64,000 nucleotides of DNA from Candidatus Bathyarchaeia archaeon (GTDB lineage Archaea; Thermoproteota; CALKCG01; B24), in contig JAVZJD010000001.1 in NCBI GenBank assembly GCA_038870975.1, positions 384,001-448,000 of the forward strand. Reading direction: 5' to 3'. The notes under the pieces are model-generated. The model worked only from the letters and a program-made list of their open reading frames with translations. It did not search any database and was not told the DNA's origin. Made by a program: the position numbers and the translations under genes. Below, in pieces: positions 1 through 9,518 of this stretch (positions within the stretch are counted from its first letter, which is position 1; each line of letters begins with the position of its first letter).

Positions 1-5
1 GGCAA

Positions 6-1886
6 TTGCTTATAGGTAGTTTCCCCTACTGGATTACCAGTGCATTAGGCGAGTCTGTCTGCCATATAGGGTTAACTACAGCGCCATTCCTAATGCTTCT
101 GTTAACCGCCCCACTTTATAAATTTAAATCTCTAAGGGACAGGTTAGGTGTTAAAACCTTGGCATACCTATACATAAGCTCTTTAGCAACATCGTACTTC
201 ATACACTATCCATGGGCGCTGTGTACACACTATATGTATGCTCTAAGAATTACATTACGCGAGCTGGCAGACATGGTTATACCGACTTTTATGGCCCCTC
301 CGTATGAAGTGGCCATTCTCCTATCAGAGGGTGGACCAATAGACTGGGGTGCTTGGGCAACTCCAATTACCTGGTATTGGCTTCTAAACGTAACCGTAAG
401 CTTTTTCATGCTGTCACTGGCTACTCTATTTAGAAGACTCTGGATAGATATAGAAAAGGTGCCATTTCCACACGGTTTGATTGCATATGAATTGGCCGAA
501 AACATCTCTAGGGAAAAGGGTTGGAGTAGGTTTTTCTTAATAGGAGTACTACTAGGACTTATTTTCCAAATTCCAGTAACTCTCACTGGAATATTCCCAT
601 GGTTTCCAGACGTATACGGCGTCAACTACAGATCTTGCCCCATGCTAACGCGATGGTTTGGAGGGGATGAGCCTTTAGGTACCATACCGGGTATGATGAG
701 TATGACGTACAGTCCTACTGCGGTGGCCGTAGCTTACATGGCTCCTCTGCACATACAGTTTAGCACATGGTTTTTCGCTTTAGTATACATAATAGCCGTT
801 CAAATATCTTACTACATGGGCTATTACACCGGAATAACAGGCATAGGTACATGTGGTAGATATTGGTGTAGCCCATCTCCATCTACAGACCCACCTCTTA
901 AATTTATGGCTGTAGCAGTAGGTGCTTTAATAGCATTTGGCATTATGCATTTAATACTTAATAGAAGATATATAATTGAAACCTTTAAAGAAGCATCTAA
1001 AAGCTCTAGCGAGTTTAAAGAAGAAGTTATGACCTACAGAACGTGTTACATAATGCTGGCTATTTCTCTCGTAGCTTCCACGCTGTTCTGGATGTGGTCT
1101 ACCATGACGCTTTTAGATGCATTAATCATGGCTTTAACTGCTTTTTGCATATGGTATCCCATGAGCAGGCTTTTTGGATTAGCCGGAGCATACTGGAGAA
1201 GTGTAGACAAGGGCTTCGTTTTCTTCAGATTACTCTATCCGACTTGTCATGACCCGCCAACGACTAGAGAATTCCTAGTGTTTAGGATGTCCACTTTCTT
1301 GTCGGATACACCATCTTACCCGTGGGGTGGAGCCGCCGTCTCATCATTTACATCCTATAAATTTGCCAGTCTTGCTGGTCTAAGCGCAAAAGATGCATTT
1401 AAAACACTAGCCACAGCTTTTCTGATAGCGCCTCTCGTATCGAATATCGCCCTCATATGGCTCCTACATGCAGTAGGCGGTAGACGTATAGGAATATGGT
1501 CAAGTTGGTACTTGGGAGGAACCTGGGCGCTAACTGGTGTACCTACAAGCTGGGTTACACTACCAGCTCGCGAGCCTTGGGTTGAATATAGCATAATTGG
1601 AGCTATAATAGCTATTGCGCTCAGCTTACTTCACGCCAGGTTCGTATGGTTCCCACTTGAACCCATAGGTTACATATTAGGTACTACATGCGCTTCGGCT
1701 CTCTTCGGATTATGGTCTGCTTTTCTTGTTGCATGGGTGCTTAAAATGCTGACTTTGAGAATTGGAGGCGCTAAACTCTATGAGGAGAGCGGTATTCCAA
1801 TAGCCTCTGGAGCAGTAACAGGATGTATGATAGGGATGATATTAGGCGGAATAATATGGATAATAAGGTTCTTCATACCGTTTTAA
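6..1886 (+). CDS. OPT-superfamily-like polytopic membrane protein (DUF6785/DUF6784 type), putative transporter; probably starts upstream of the window
   Basis: Many hydrophobic segments; 'RRLWIDIEKVPFPH' and 'ARFVWFPLEPIG...LRIGG' motifs; full-length paralogue of 44182..46185, which is about 20 aa longer at the N-terminus. Confidence 0.8.
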   Translation: MLIGSFPYWITSALGESVCHIGLTTAPFLMLLLTAPLYKFKSLRDRLGVKTLAYLYISSLATSYFIHYPWALCTHYMYALRITLRELADMVIPTFMAPPYEVAILLSEGGPIDWGAWATPITWYWLLNVTVSFFMLSLATLFRRLWIDIEKVPFPHGLIAYELAENISREKGWSRFFLIGVLLGLIFQIPVTLTGIFPWFPDVYGVNYRSCPMLTRWFGGDEPLGTIPGMMSMTYSPTAVAVAYMAPLHIQFSTWFFALVYIIAVQISYYMGYYTGITGIGTCGRYWCSPSPSTDPPLKFMAVAVGALIAFGIMHLILNRRYIIETFKEASKSSSEFKEEVMTYRTCYIMLAISLVASTLFWMWSTMTLLDALIMALTAFCIWYPMSRLFGLAGAYWRSVDKGFVFFRLLYPTCHDPPTTREFLVFRMSTFLSDTPSYPWGGAAVSSFTSYKFASLAGLSAKDAFKTLATAFLIAPLVSNIALIWLLHAVGGRRIGIWSSWYLGGTWALTGVPTSWVTLPAREPWVEYSIIGAIIAIALSLLHARFVWFPLEPIGYILGTTCASALFGLWSAFLVAWVLKMLTLRIGGAKLYEESGIPIASGAVTGCMIGMILGGIIWIIRFFIPF

Positions 1887-1890
1887 ACAA

Positions 1891-1904
1891 TCCATTATTT
1901 TTTT
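1891..1904 (+). terminator. Oligo-T archaeal terminator candidate
   Basis: TCCATTATTTTTTT just after the stop codon; similar CCA..ATTTTT tracts follow the paralogues at 4950 and 46185. Confidence 0.5.
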
Positions 1905-1972
1905 AGACGTTTTCTATGCAAGTCTGTGGGAAAACCTTTTAACGTTCTTACATCGATTTTTCAAATCAAACT

Positions 1973-2550
1973 TGACCACTTAAAGTTTTAACAGTGAAAA
2001 TGATGAGGGCGCTGGGGGAATACGAAAGGACTCTAAACATTCCATGCAATACGTCTTCGAGCATATGGAAGGCTACTACGGATACCGGGAGAACTACGTT
2101 GACTTGCTTATGGATGAGGAGTTACGCTCTTTAAGAACTGTATGCTTGAAGATACTGAAAAATGCTTCATAGAAGCTACGAACTATTCTAAAAACCTCTG
2201 CGTAGGCGTAACTGCATCCAGAATATAGGCAAGATTTAATACGACTTTACTATACTCGCTTGACATACGAAAATTTGTAGAATTTTCCATATAGCACAAA
2301 GAATATGGTCTGAAGCCCTTAAACAGGTTGAGAGAGCTGAGCTTATGCTTAGAGAATTATTAGGAAAATTGATTGATGAAACTAAGTTTGAATCGAATAA
2401 GCTGTCTAAGGAATTCGAAGATGTAAAATGGTTTCTTAGCACGCATACATGGAGCCGATGTTTCATTTGCAAACTTACACTATGTGCTAAGAGTTGGAAT
2501 ATATCGATTAATGAATTGTGAAAGGTGGGTTGAAGAGATAAATAAATTTG
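1973..2550 (+). pseudogene. Internally deleted, frameshifted copy of the DUF5107-TPR gene (5029..8226)
   Basis: 1983-2005 matches 5046-5068 (21/23), then the match jumps to about 7566-8150; exact 20-mers AAAATGCTTCATAGAAGCTA (2159/7716) and GTTTCATTTGCAAACTTACA (2460/8062); multiple stops and frameshifts. Confidence 0.9.
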
Positions 2551-2923
2551 TGGCATCTTTATATTATAAGTTTTTACTTGCTTTCTTGAAAAATCTCGCA
2601 GGAATACAGTTCTATATCGTATTGATTAAATGTCTCTGCATAGTTTAAGATATCAATCCAACTCTTTAATTCAGTTGTATGTAAGCGAACTTGTATAATC
2701 GCTCGACTAGAAACATTCAAGTTTTTCTCCATCAAACTTACATAGCTTTTTATGGATTTTCAAGTAAACTTCTCCACCTACTTTGAGGTGTCTTCTCTTC
2801 AAACTCTTAAAATTGTTTTTCAATGTTTTGACGTTAATAATTTAAGATGGATAATGTTTACTGTACCTACGTGCCCTTGAGGAATTCGAATTCTATAAAG
2901 TAGAGAGAATATGTGGTAGAAAC

Positions 2924-3379
2924 CTAAGAGCCATCAGAAGGTTTACAAGTAGAAGTTGTTTTAGTATTCAGCCAAATCCTCCTTATTCCAGGTATTTTAT
3001 CAAATTCTCCGTCTTCTGAAACTATCTGTTTAATTCCAGCTTTGGTCATGGAGGATACGTGAAGTGCATCTGAAGGTTTTAATCCATGATTGACCATAGT
3101 CTTCTTCATGGCATTATAGTCTGTGTAATCTATTGGGATAACGTCTAGGAGAGGCATCAACCTATCGATCAGCTCAAACACTTCAACCAGTGCAATCTTA
3201 TATTTTCTGGTTAAAATCCATAAGACCTCATCTATAACAACCATGTTGATGAATAAACGGTCTCTACGTTTAACGGCTTCCTTCAAAAAGTTCGTTACGT
3301 AGTTGAAGATTTCATCGCTCTCAGAGTATCTCAAGTATATCAGATAAGATGAGTCAAGGAAAATTTTCAAGGGCTTCAT
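2924..3379 (-). CDS. vapC: PIN-domain VapC toxin
   Basis: IFLDSS...VIDEV...LKPSDALH...IVSEDGEFD acidic PIN motifs; overlaps the upstream AbrB gene. Confidence 0.9.
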   Translation of the reverse strand: MKPLKIFLDSSYLIYLRYSESDEIFNYVTNFLKEAVKRRDRLFINMVVIDEVLWILTRKYKIALVEVFELIDRLMPLLDVIPIDYTDYNAMKKTMVNHGLKPSDALHVSSMTKAGIKQIVSEDGEFDKIPGIRRIWLNTKTTSTCKPSDGS

Positions 3380-3599
3380 CCTCTAAGCTGATCTTAGAGA
3401 CGAGTTTTGCTATCGGTTTTCTATATTCTCTTAACCAGTTTAGAAGCTCTTCAATATCCAACCCCTTCTGTAAGGAGATCTCGTTTTCCTTGACGTCTGC
3501 AATTACGTAGCTATAGGGCTTAATCCCAAGCTTATCCCTAAAAATCTTGGGAAGCACTATCTGCCCTTTAGGTCCAACTTTCAATTTAAGTTTAACCAT
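3354..3599 (-). CDS. AbrB/MazE/SpoVT-family antitoxin (VapB)
   Basis: KVGPKGQIVLPKIFRDKLGI AbrB signature; start taken at MVKLK (ORF extends to 3608). Confidence 0.88.
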   Translation of the reverse strand: MVKLKLKVGPKGQIVLPKIFRDKLGIKPYSYVIADVKENEISLQKGLDIEELLNWLREYRKPIAKLVSKISLEDEALENFP

Positions 3600-3634
3600 A
3601 AGTATCATAAAGTATTACTATAAGTTTAACCATA
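3587..3634 (-). promoter_or_regulatory. 14-bp direct repeat, putative antitoxin autoregulatory operator
   Basis: TAAGTTTAACCATA at 3587-3600 and 3621-3634; one copy covers the antitoxin start codon, the other abuts the TATA-like TTTATA. Confidence 0.6.
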
Positions 3635-3718
3635 TAAATCTTCTTATGTTAAATACGCATGGATTTGATAACGTTGCTCACAATATTTGGGAAGGTTTTC
3701 AATCTATTAAAAAACTAT

Positions 3719-3738
3719 CATTTAAACCGGTTTAAATG
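3719..3738. promoter_or_regulatory. Perfect 20-bp palindrome, operator candidate over the GH4 start codon
   Basis: CATTTAAACC|GGTTTAAATG; includes ATG 3736; AT-rich TATA-like TATTAAAA at about 3705-3712. Confidence 0.55.
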
Positions 3739-4700
3739 GGCTCTCAATAAAAGATAACACTTCTTGGAGAGGAATCTCCTTCGTCCTATCCATGATTTAC
3801 GTGATGCTTGAGAATAAAGAGGTTCTTGAGGGTAGCGAAATATGTCTTATGGATATAGATCCTATGCGTCTCCTACTGCTAATAAGACTAGGTGAAAAAC
3901 TCTCTAGAAGAGCGAATGTTAAAATGAGGTTTACTTGGATTACAGACCCTAGGGAGGCTCTTGAAGGAGCTATGTTTGTTATGCCTGGTTATAGAATAGG
4001 TGGTGTGAAACATATGATGTTTGACTTCGAAATACCGATGAAGTATGGTATATGCGGCGGTGAAACTGCTGGTCCTGAGGCACGTTTATGGCTCAATGTA
4101 CTATTCCATCTACTCTCAACTAATGTAAGATGATAGAGGATTTATGTCCAGATGCTTGGGTTATAAGCTACGTTAATCCTACGAATTTTGTAGTAGATGC
4201 TGTTCGAAGAGTAACGAAGGTGAAGTTTATCGCTATTTGCGATACTTCATCGGGTTGCTATGAGAACTCTCCCACTGTGGTTAAATATACCTCCGTTCGA
4301 GAGGAGATACTGTGTTAATGAAGACATAAGACCGCAGGAGATAGGCGTTAATCATAATACTTGGCTTGTAGACCCTCTGGTTAATGGGGAAGACGCTATC
4401 CTCTACTTAGGATTATACTTAGAAAATATAAGGAAGATGAAGAGAAGTGTGTTCCAACGTTTTTCCGGGACCAGATGAGTTTACTATGCATCTCTTCGAG
4501 GTATACGGCTATGTAAACATCTGTGCATACTACTGTCACATGTACTGGGAGCACAATAAGGTTATGGAAATTGGGAAGAGAATACCTGAGGCGTCTATAT
4601 TAGGGTGGTCTAAGTCGGCTTGGGACTTCGTCAACGAAATGCTTGCCAGTGCTGACTACGACCCTAACAGCTCAGAATATTGCTTCCACTTACATCGCTC
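3736..4700 (+). pseudogene. GH4 (NAD+/Mn2+-dependent alpha-galactosidase/glucosidase family) pseudogene
   Basis: Fragments KITLLG, LMDID, REALEGA, GETAGP, CPDAWVISYVNP, GVNH spread over several frames; stop at codon 5; C-terminal part deleted. Confidence 0.88.
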
Positions 4701-4701
4701 T

Positions 4702-4950
4702 AGGTTCGTATGGTTTCCACTTGAACCCATAGGTTACACACTTGGTACTACAGGTGCTTCAGCCTTGTTCGGGTTATGGTCTGCGTTCCTCGTTACGTGG
4801 GTGCTTGAAATGTTAACTCTTAGAATTGGAGGAACTAAACTCTACGAAGGTTGTGGAGTTCCAATAACCTCTGGAGCCATAACAGGATGCATGATAGGAA
4901 TGATACTAGGCGGAATAATGTGGATAATAAGGTTCTTCATACCATTCTAA
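4702..4950 (+). pseudogene. 3' remnant of an OPT-like (DUF6784-type) membrane protein gene, fused in frame to the GH4 remnant
   Basis: Colinear near-identical copy of 1638-1886 (offset 3064), RFVWFPLEPIG...IIRFFIPF*. Confidence 0.9.
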
Positions 4951-5028
4951 ATAAACCCCACCATTTTTCAGATGATTTTCAATGCAAATTCGTACAAAAT
5001 TTTAAAACTCTTACGTTAAATCCTTAAA

Positions 5029-8000
5029 TTGATGTTGCCCATTCGAAGTTTTAACTCTGAAAATGATGGAGCCGTGAAGGTTTGGGAAGGATATGTCGTC
5101 AAGCCCACTTACAGGATATTGAGAGAGGATAATCTTCCGTATTTTATGAGTAAATACTACCCTTATACTAGGTTAGACTTCTTCGATTATTCAGAACCCA
5201 CTCCAGTCAAGTATAAGGAACTCGTCGTGGAGAATGAATACCTTAAAATATCCGTTAGACCGGAGTTTGGCGCCCGCCTGTTCTCAGCGTTTGATAAAAT
5301 ATCTGAGAATCAAGTATTCCACTATGTTGACACAATCAAACCCTTCTTAATAGCTCAAAGGGGAGCATGGATTGCAGGGGGATTAGAGTTTAACTTATGC
5401 CAACATCCGAGCCATACGGCGGACAATTTTTCACCCGTCGATTACACGTATGTTAAGAATGAAGATGGAAGCGCCTCGATATTGATAGGTAACCTCATAC
5501 TGTATACTAACGTAAGATATTTAGTTGAGATTGCTTTAAGACCTAAGACTGCCAGGATAGATGTTCGCGTGAAAATCTTCAATACAGACCTCATTCCTCA
5601 GAGGTACTACTTCTGGTCTAATGCCGCCGTATCTGCAAGTGAAAACCTCCGTTTCTTCTACCCTGGTTCTCTCTCAAACATAGGTAAATTTCCAGTGAAT
5701 GAAGAAGGTATCGACTTAAGCTGGTATGTAAATTACGATAGACCATTGAGCATATTCATTCTAGATTCCGAAGAAGACTTTTTTGCCGCGTACGACTATA
5801 AGTCTTCCAAAGGACTTGTTCACTATGCAGATCACAACATCATTCCTGGGAAGAAGATATTCAGCTGGGGGCTATCTGAGGACGGCTTATTCTGGAAAGA
5901 CCTCCTATCAGATAAAGGCATACCTTACGTAGAAATTCAAAGTGGGCGTTTTCTAACTCAGGGGATAGTTGAGCTTATAGACCCGTTGAATTTTGAGTCT
6001 TGGGAAGAATACTGGTATCCAGTTCGAGATATGGATGGTATAACATATGCTAACGAAAAGGTAGCCATTTACATAAACGAGGAAAATAAAGCTGAGCGTA
6101 AACTTCAGATCAATGTATGTTCAGCCATATCGTGTAAAGCTAGGCTCATACTATACGCAGAGGGTGAAAAATTCCACGAGGAACTGATAGAGCTTTTACC
6201 TGAGAAGACACTTAAGAGAGAGGTTAGAGCACCGCTTGGAAAACTATTGCTTAAAATAATCGATGTAAATGGAGGGGAAATAATTTCATGGGATTTTCGA
6301 AGTTATAGAACAAAACCGCATGAAGCCCCCTCATGGATTGGAGAGGTCCCAAATTGGAACTGGGGTGATACTGCTGAAGAGCTTTGGTTGAAGGGAGTTG
6401 ATTCTCTAAAGAGGGAGACTTTTCTTAAAGCTGAAAGATACTTCACAGCTTCTTTGGAGAAGGATGGGGCCTTCTCTAAAAGTCTATGCGCTCTAGGACT
6501 CCTATATTATAGATCAGGTCTGTACGATAAAGCCGTATCCTTCTTTCAGAGGGCATTGATGAGAAATCCATATGATGAAGAAGCACGTTACTACCTTGGT
6601 TTAACAATGCTCGTTTTAAACAATCTCGAGGAAGCTGAGAGAGAACTCTGGAAGGTTTCCTCAAAAATAGGCTACAGACCGTTAGCACTATACCTCCTAG
6701 GTATTATAAGGATGAGGTTGAACGCGTATCGTGATGCTGAAGATATGTTGCAAAGAGCAATAAAAGAGTACAGTTACAATTTGAAAGCCTTATGCACTCT
6801 CTCCATGGCTCTTAGAAAGCAGGGGAAGCGTGAGGAGGCATGGAGGATTTTAGAGGAAGCACATCGTATAATGCCTCTCGATTACCTAGTGCTTGCGGAG
6901 AGGTATCTTCTATCTTCAGATGAGGAGTTTAAAAGAGTGGTCTTTACAAGCTTCCAGAAGGTTTTGGAGGCGTCAAAAGATTACATATTTGCAGGTCTAT
7001 TTGATGATTCATTGGCGATATTAAAAGCCGCATTGGAGCATGGTATACGTAATCCGCTAATCTACTATTACATTGGGTACTCCTACAAGAAGATGGGTAG
7101 ATTTAACGATGCAATAGACTACTACAAATATGGAGGTAGGGAAAGCATCGATTATGTTTTTCCGCATAGGTTAGAGGATTTAGAGGTTCTTAAAGACGTC
7201 GTTAGCAGTCTCCCATTAGATCCAACACCGCATTATTTACTCGGCAACGTCTTATTCTATCTGGGACGGTTTAAGGAGGGTCTTGAGGAATGGGAGAAGG
7301 CTTATATGCTTGGGTTGAGAAACGCTGTGCTTTGCCGCAATATTGCACATGCTCACGCTCTCTTAACATTTGACTACGATAGAGCTATTAACATGTACTT
7401 AGAGGCCATAAGACTTGAACCTGAAAATCATAAACTCTACGTGGAACTGGATGATATTTACTCAAAGACTGGCGACCATACTGAACGTGTTAAATTGCTG
7501 GAGAATATACCTCGGAAAGCTAAGCATAGTGCATTACTCGCTAGGCTTGCTTCAGCATACGTTGATACTGGGGAGTATGAGAAGGCTCTAAATATTCTAT
7601 GTAACACGTTTTTCGAGCCTATGGAGGGTTACTACGGGTTTTGGGAAATTTACGTTGATGCTCTTATGGCTAAAGGATTTACACTTTTCAAGAGCTGTAT
7701 GTTTGAAGATGCTGCAAAATGCTTCATAGAAGCTATGAGTTATCCTAAAAACCTCGGTGTAGGTGCACCGCATCCAAAATATAGGCGAGATCTAATGCAA
7801 CTTTACTATGCTGGTTTATCATATGAAAAGCTCGGAGAACTTTCTACTGCGCAGAGGATATGGTCTGCTGCTCTCCAACGGATTTCTGAGAATCCTGAGA
7901 ATCACGTATTTAAAGCTTTGATTTTACGAAAACTGGGAAGAGTTGAAGAATCCAGGCTTATGCTTAGAAAAGTCGTTGAGGAAGCCAAGTTAGAATTGAA

Positions 8001-8226
8001 TAGACTGTCTAAGGAATTCGGGGATGAAGATAGTTACTTAGCATCTATACATGGAACTGACGTTTCATTTGCAAACTTACATTATGTATTGGGGCTTGGG
8101 TACATCGCCCAGGGAATGATAGAGGCTGGAATTGAAGAAGTAGATAAATCGTTAAAATTGACCAAAGTTGTTAGACACGCGCGATGGATTAAAGATGGAA
8201 CAATTCCAATACCGTCGCTCCTCTAG
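5029..8226 (+). CDS. DUF5107-domain + multiple TPR repeat protein (YphG-like)
   Basis: N-terminal ENEYLKISVRPEFGARL...WIAGGLEFN...YYFWSNAA...PGKKIFSWG...YVEIQSG; C-terminal ~600 aa of TPR-like helices. Confidence 0.85.
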   Translation: MMLPIRSFNSENDGAVKVWEGYVVKPTYRILREDNLPYFMSKYYPYTRLDFFDYSEPTPVKYKELVVENEYLKISVRPEFGARLFSAFDKISENQVFHYVDTIKPFLIAQRGAWIAGGLEFNLCQHPSHTADNFSPVDYTYVKNEDGSASILIGNLILYTNVRYLVEIALRPKTARIDVRVKIFNTDLIPQRYYFWSNAAVSASENLRFFYPGSLSNIGKFPVNEEGIDLSWYVNYDRPLSIFILDSEEDFFAAYDYKSSKGLVHYADHNIIPGKKIFSWGLSEDGLFWKDLLSDKGIPYVEIQSGRFLTQGIVELIDPLNFESWEEYWYPVRDMDGITYANEKVAIYINEENKAERKLQINVCSAISCKARLILYAEGEKFHEELIELLPEKTLKREVRAPLGKLLLKIIDVNGGEIISWDFRSYRTKPHEAPSWIGEVPNWNWGDTAEELWLKGVDSLKRETFLKAERYFTASLEKDGAFSKSLCALGLLYYRSGLYDKAVSFFQRALMRNPYDEEARYYLGLTMLVLNNLEEAERELWKVSSKIGYRPLALYLLGIIRMRLNAYRDAEDMLQRAIKEYSYNLKALCTLSMALRKQGKREEAWRILEEAHRIMPLDYLVLAERYLLSSDEEFKRVVFTSFQKVLEASKDYIFAGLFDDSLAILKAALEHGIRNPLIYYYIGYSYKKMGRFNDAIDYYKYGGRESIDYVFPHRLEDLEVLKDVVSSLPLDPTPHYLLGNVLFYLGRFKEGLEEWEKAYMLGLRNAVLCRNIAHAHALLTFDYDRAINMYLEAIRLEPENHKLYVELDDIYSKTGDHTERVKLLENIPRKAKHSALLARLASAYVDTGEYEKALNILCNTFFEPMEGYYGFWEIYVDALMAKGFTLFKSCMFEDAAKCFIEAMSYPKNLGVGAPHPKYRRDLMQLYYAGLSYEKLGELSTAQRIWSAALQRISENPENHVFKALILRKLGRVEESRLMLRKVVEEAKLELNRLSKEFGDEDSYLASIHGTDVSFANLHYVLGLGYIAQGMIEAGIEEVDKSLKLTKVVRHARWIKDGTIPIPSLL

Positions 8227-8280
8227 GATTGTGGATTTCAAGTATTCGTTTAACAATTTTATAATCTCCTAAATATCATT

Positions 8281-8577
8281 TTAACCGCGTTTAAACTGTA
8301 GGTTTATCGGTTTTCCCTCTGATAGAATCTTCTCAGGTATTTTGTTTTTCCACTTTTCAAGAAACTCTAAGTCTTCTCTTAAATTTCTAAGCTCGTCTGG
8401 AAGCATTTCGGGAATTTCATCACGTATTGGATAAAATCTATTGCATTTAGAACACCAAATAAGGCCTTCAACTACTTCACCATCTTCTTTCTCTTCAAAT
8501 ATGAAGAGATCAAGAGGATAATGCTTATCGATGGGACATGCTAATATATCCATCAATCTCCTCTTCAACCATTTCAC
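8281..8577 (-). CDS. trm112: Trm112-family methyltransferase activator
   Basis: LMDILACPIDK...CSKCNRFYPIRDEIPEMLPDELR. Confidence 0.9.
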   Translation of the reverse strand: MKWLKRRLMDILACPIDKHYPLDLFIFEEKEDGEVVEGLIWCSKCNRFYPIRDEIPEMLPDELRNLREDLEFLEKWKNKIPEKILSEGKPINLQFKRG

Positions 8578-9518
8578 CCCAAATAAACTTTTTCACCTTT
8601 ATAACTAGATTTAAGTATTGCTTCACATATTTTAAGTGCTTCTACTCCATCATTGGCCGTTAGAATTGGGGCTTCCTCACCCAGAATAGTGTTGATGAAG
8701 TGTCTAAGCTCTCTCATTAAGGGTTCTTCCCATTTAACAGTCGGCTGGAGAACCTTTTCAGAATCCTCTATTGAAACTTCTTGAGTTATATAGTCTAATG
8801 ACACAACAGCTTCACTTCCAGTAATTATCAAAGACCTAATCCTACGGGGTGTGAGCCAATTAGCTTCTATAAATCCTGTAACTCCACTTTTAAAGTGGAG
8901 AATGGCTTCAACATAGTCTTCAAACCTATGCCCAAGACTGCCGACTTTAGCATAAACACTTTCAACATCGCCAACGAGGAAACGCATCACATCTAAATCA
9001 TGTATAGCAGAATCTTTAACAACGCCAACATCTCCTACACGTTCAGGCCACCTTGAAACTCTCCTTGCAGTTATGAGTATAATTCGACCAAGTTCTCCAC
9101 CGTCTATTAATGTTTTGACTTTCCTCACGGCTGGGTTGAAACGCTCTATATGACCTGGCATGAGTCTAAGTCCTAGACTGCACGCCAAATCTCGAAGTTT
9201 CTCAGCATCCTCTAAAGTACTGCATAAAGGCTTTTCTGTTAAACTGTGGATCCCACGGTTTAGAACTTCAGATGTAATATCGAAGTGTGTAGTCGTCGGT
9301 GTACATATACTTACAGCATCTGGCTTTTCAACGAGGAGCATTTCCCGGAAATCGGTATATGCTCTGCAACCGTACCTTTTAGCTATACTTTTAGACTTTT
9401 CACGGTCTATGTCACATACTGCGACGAGTTCAACATCCTCTATTTCACTATAGACCCTGGCGTGGTTTCTACCCCAGAAGCCTACACCTATAACTGCTAC
9501 TTTAATCAGTGGAATCAA
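8574..9518 (-). CDS. Gfo/Idh/MocA oxidoreductase (WbpB-like nucleotide-sugar 3-dehydrogenase)
   Basis: GVGFWG Rossmann motif, EKP, GHIERFNPA, DSAIHDLD. Confidence 0.85.
   Translation of the reverse strand: MIPLIKVAVIGVGFWGRNHARVYSEIEDVELVAVCDIDREKSKSIAKRYGCRAYTDFREMLLVEKPDAVSICTPTTTHFDITSEVLNRGIHSLTEKPLCSTLEDAEKLRDLACSLGLRLMPGHIERFNPAVRKVKTLIDGGELGRIILITARRVSRWPERVGDVGVVKDSAIHDLDVMRFLVGDVESVYAKVGSLGHRFEDYVEAILHFKSGVTGFIEANWLTPRRIRSLIITGSEAVVSLDYITQEVSIEDSEKVLQPTVKWEEPLMRELRHFINTILGEEAPILTANDGVEALKICEAILKSSYKGEKVYLG

Larger units (their letters stand above)
1638..5068 (+). repeat. Degenerate tandem duplication; homologous blocks 1638-2005 and 4702-5068
   Basis: Transporter 3' end and TPR-gene 5' end align at offsets 3064 and 3063; the intergenic spacer between them is more diverged. 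Confidence 0.85.

Noticed and set aside
2236-2556. 106-aa minus-strand ORF
   Set aside because: Antisense to the TPR pseudogene remnant; no recognisable motifs
3792-4478. Three short plus-strand ORFs as separate genes, or programmed frameshifting
   Set aside because: They are consecutive fragments of one GH4 gene with several frameshifts, in-frame stops and a truncation, which indicates decay rather than recoding
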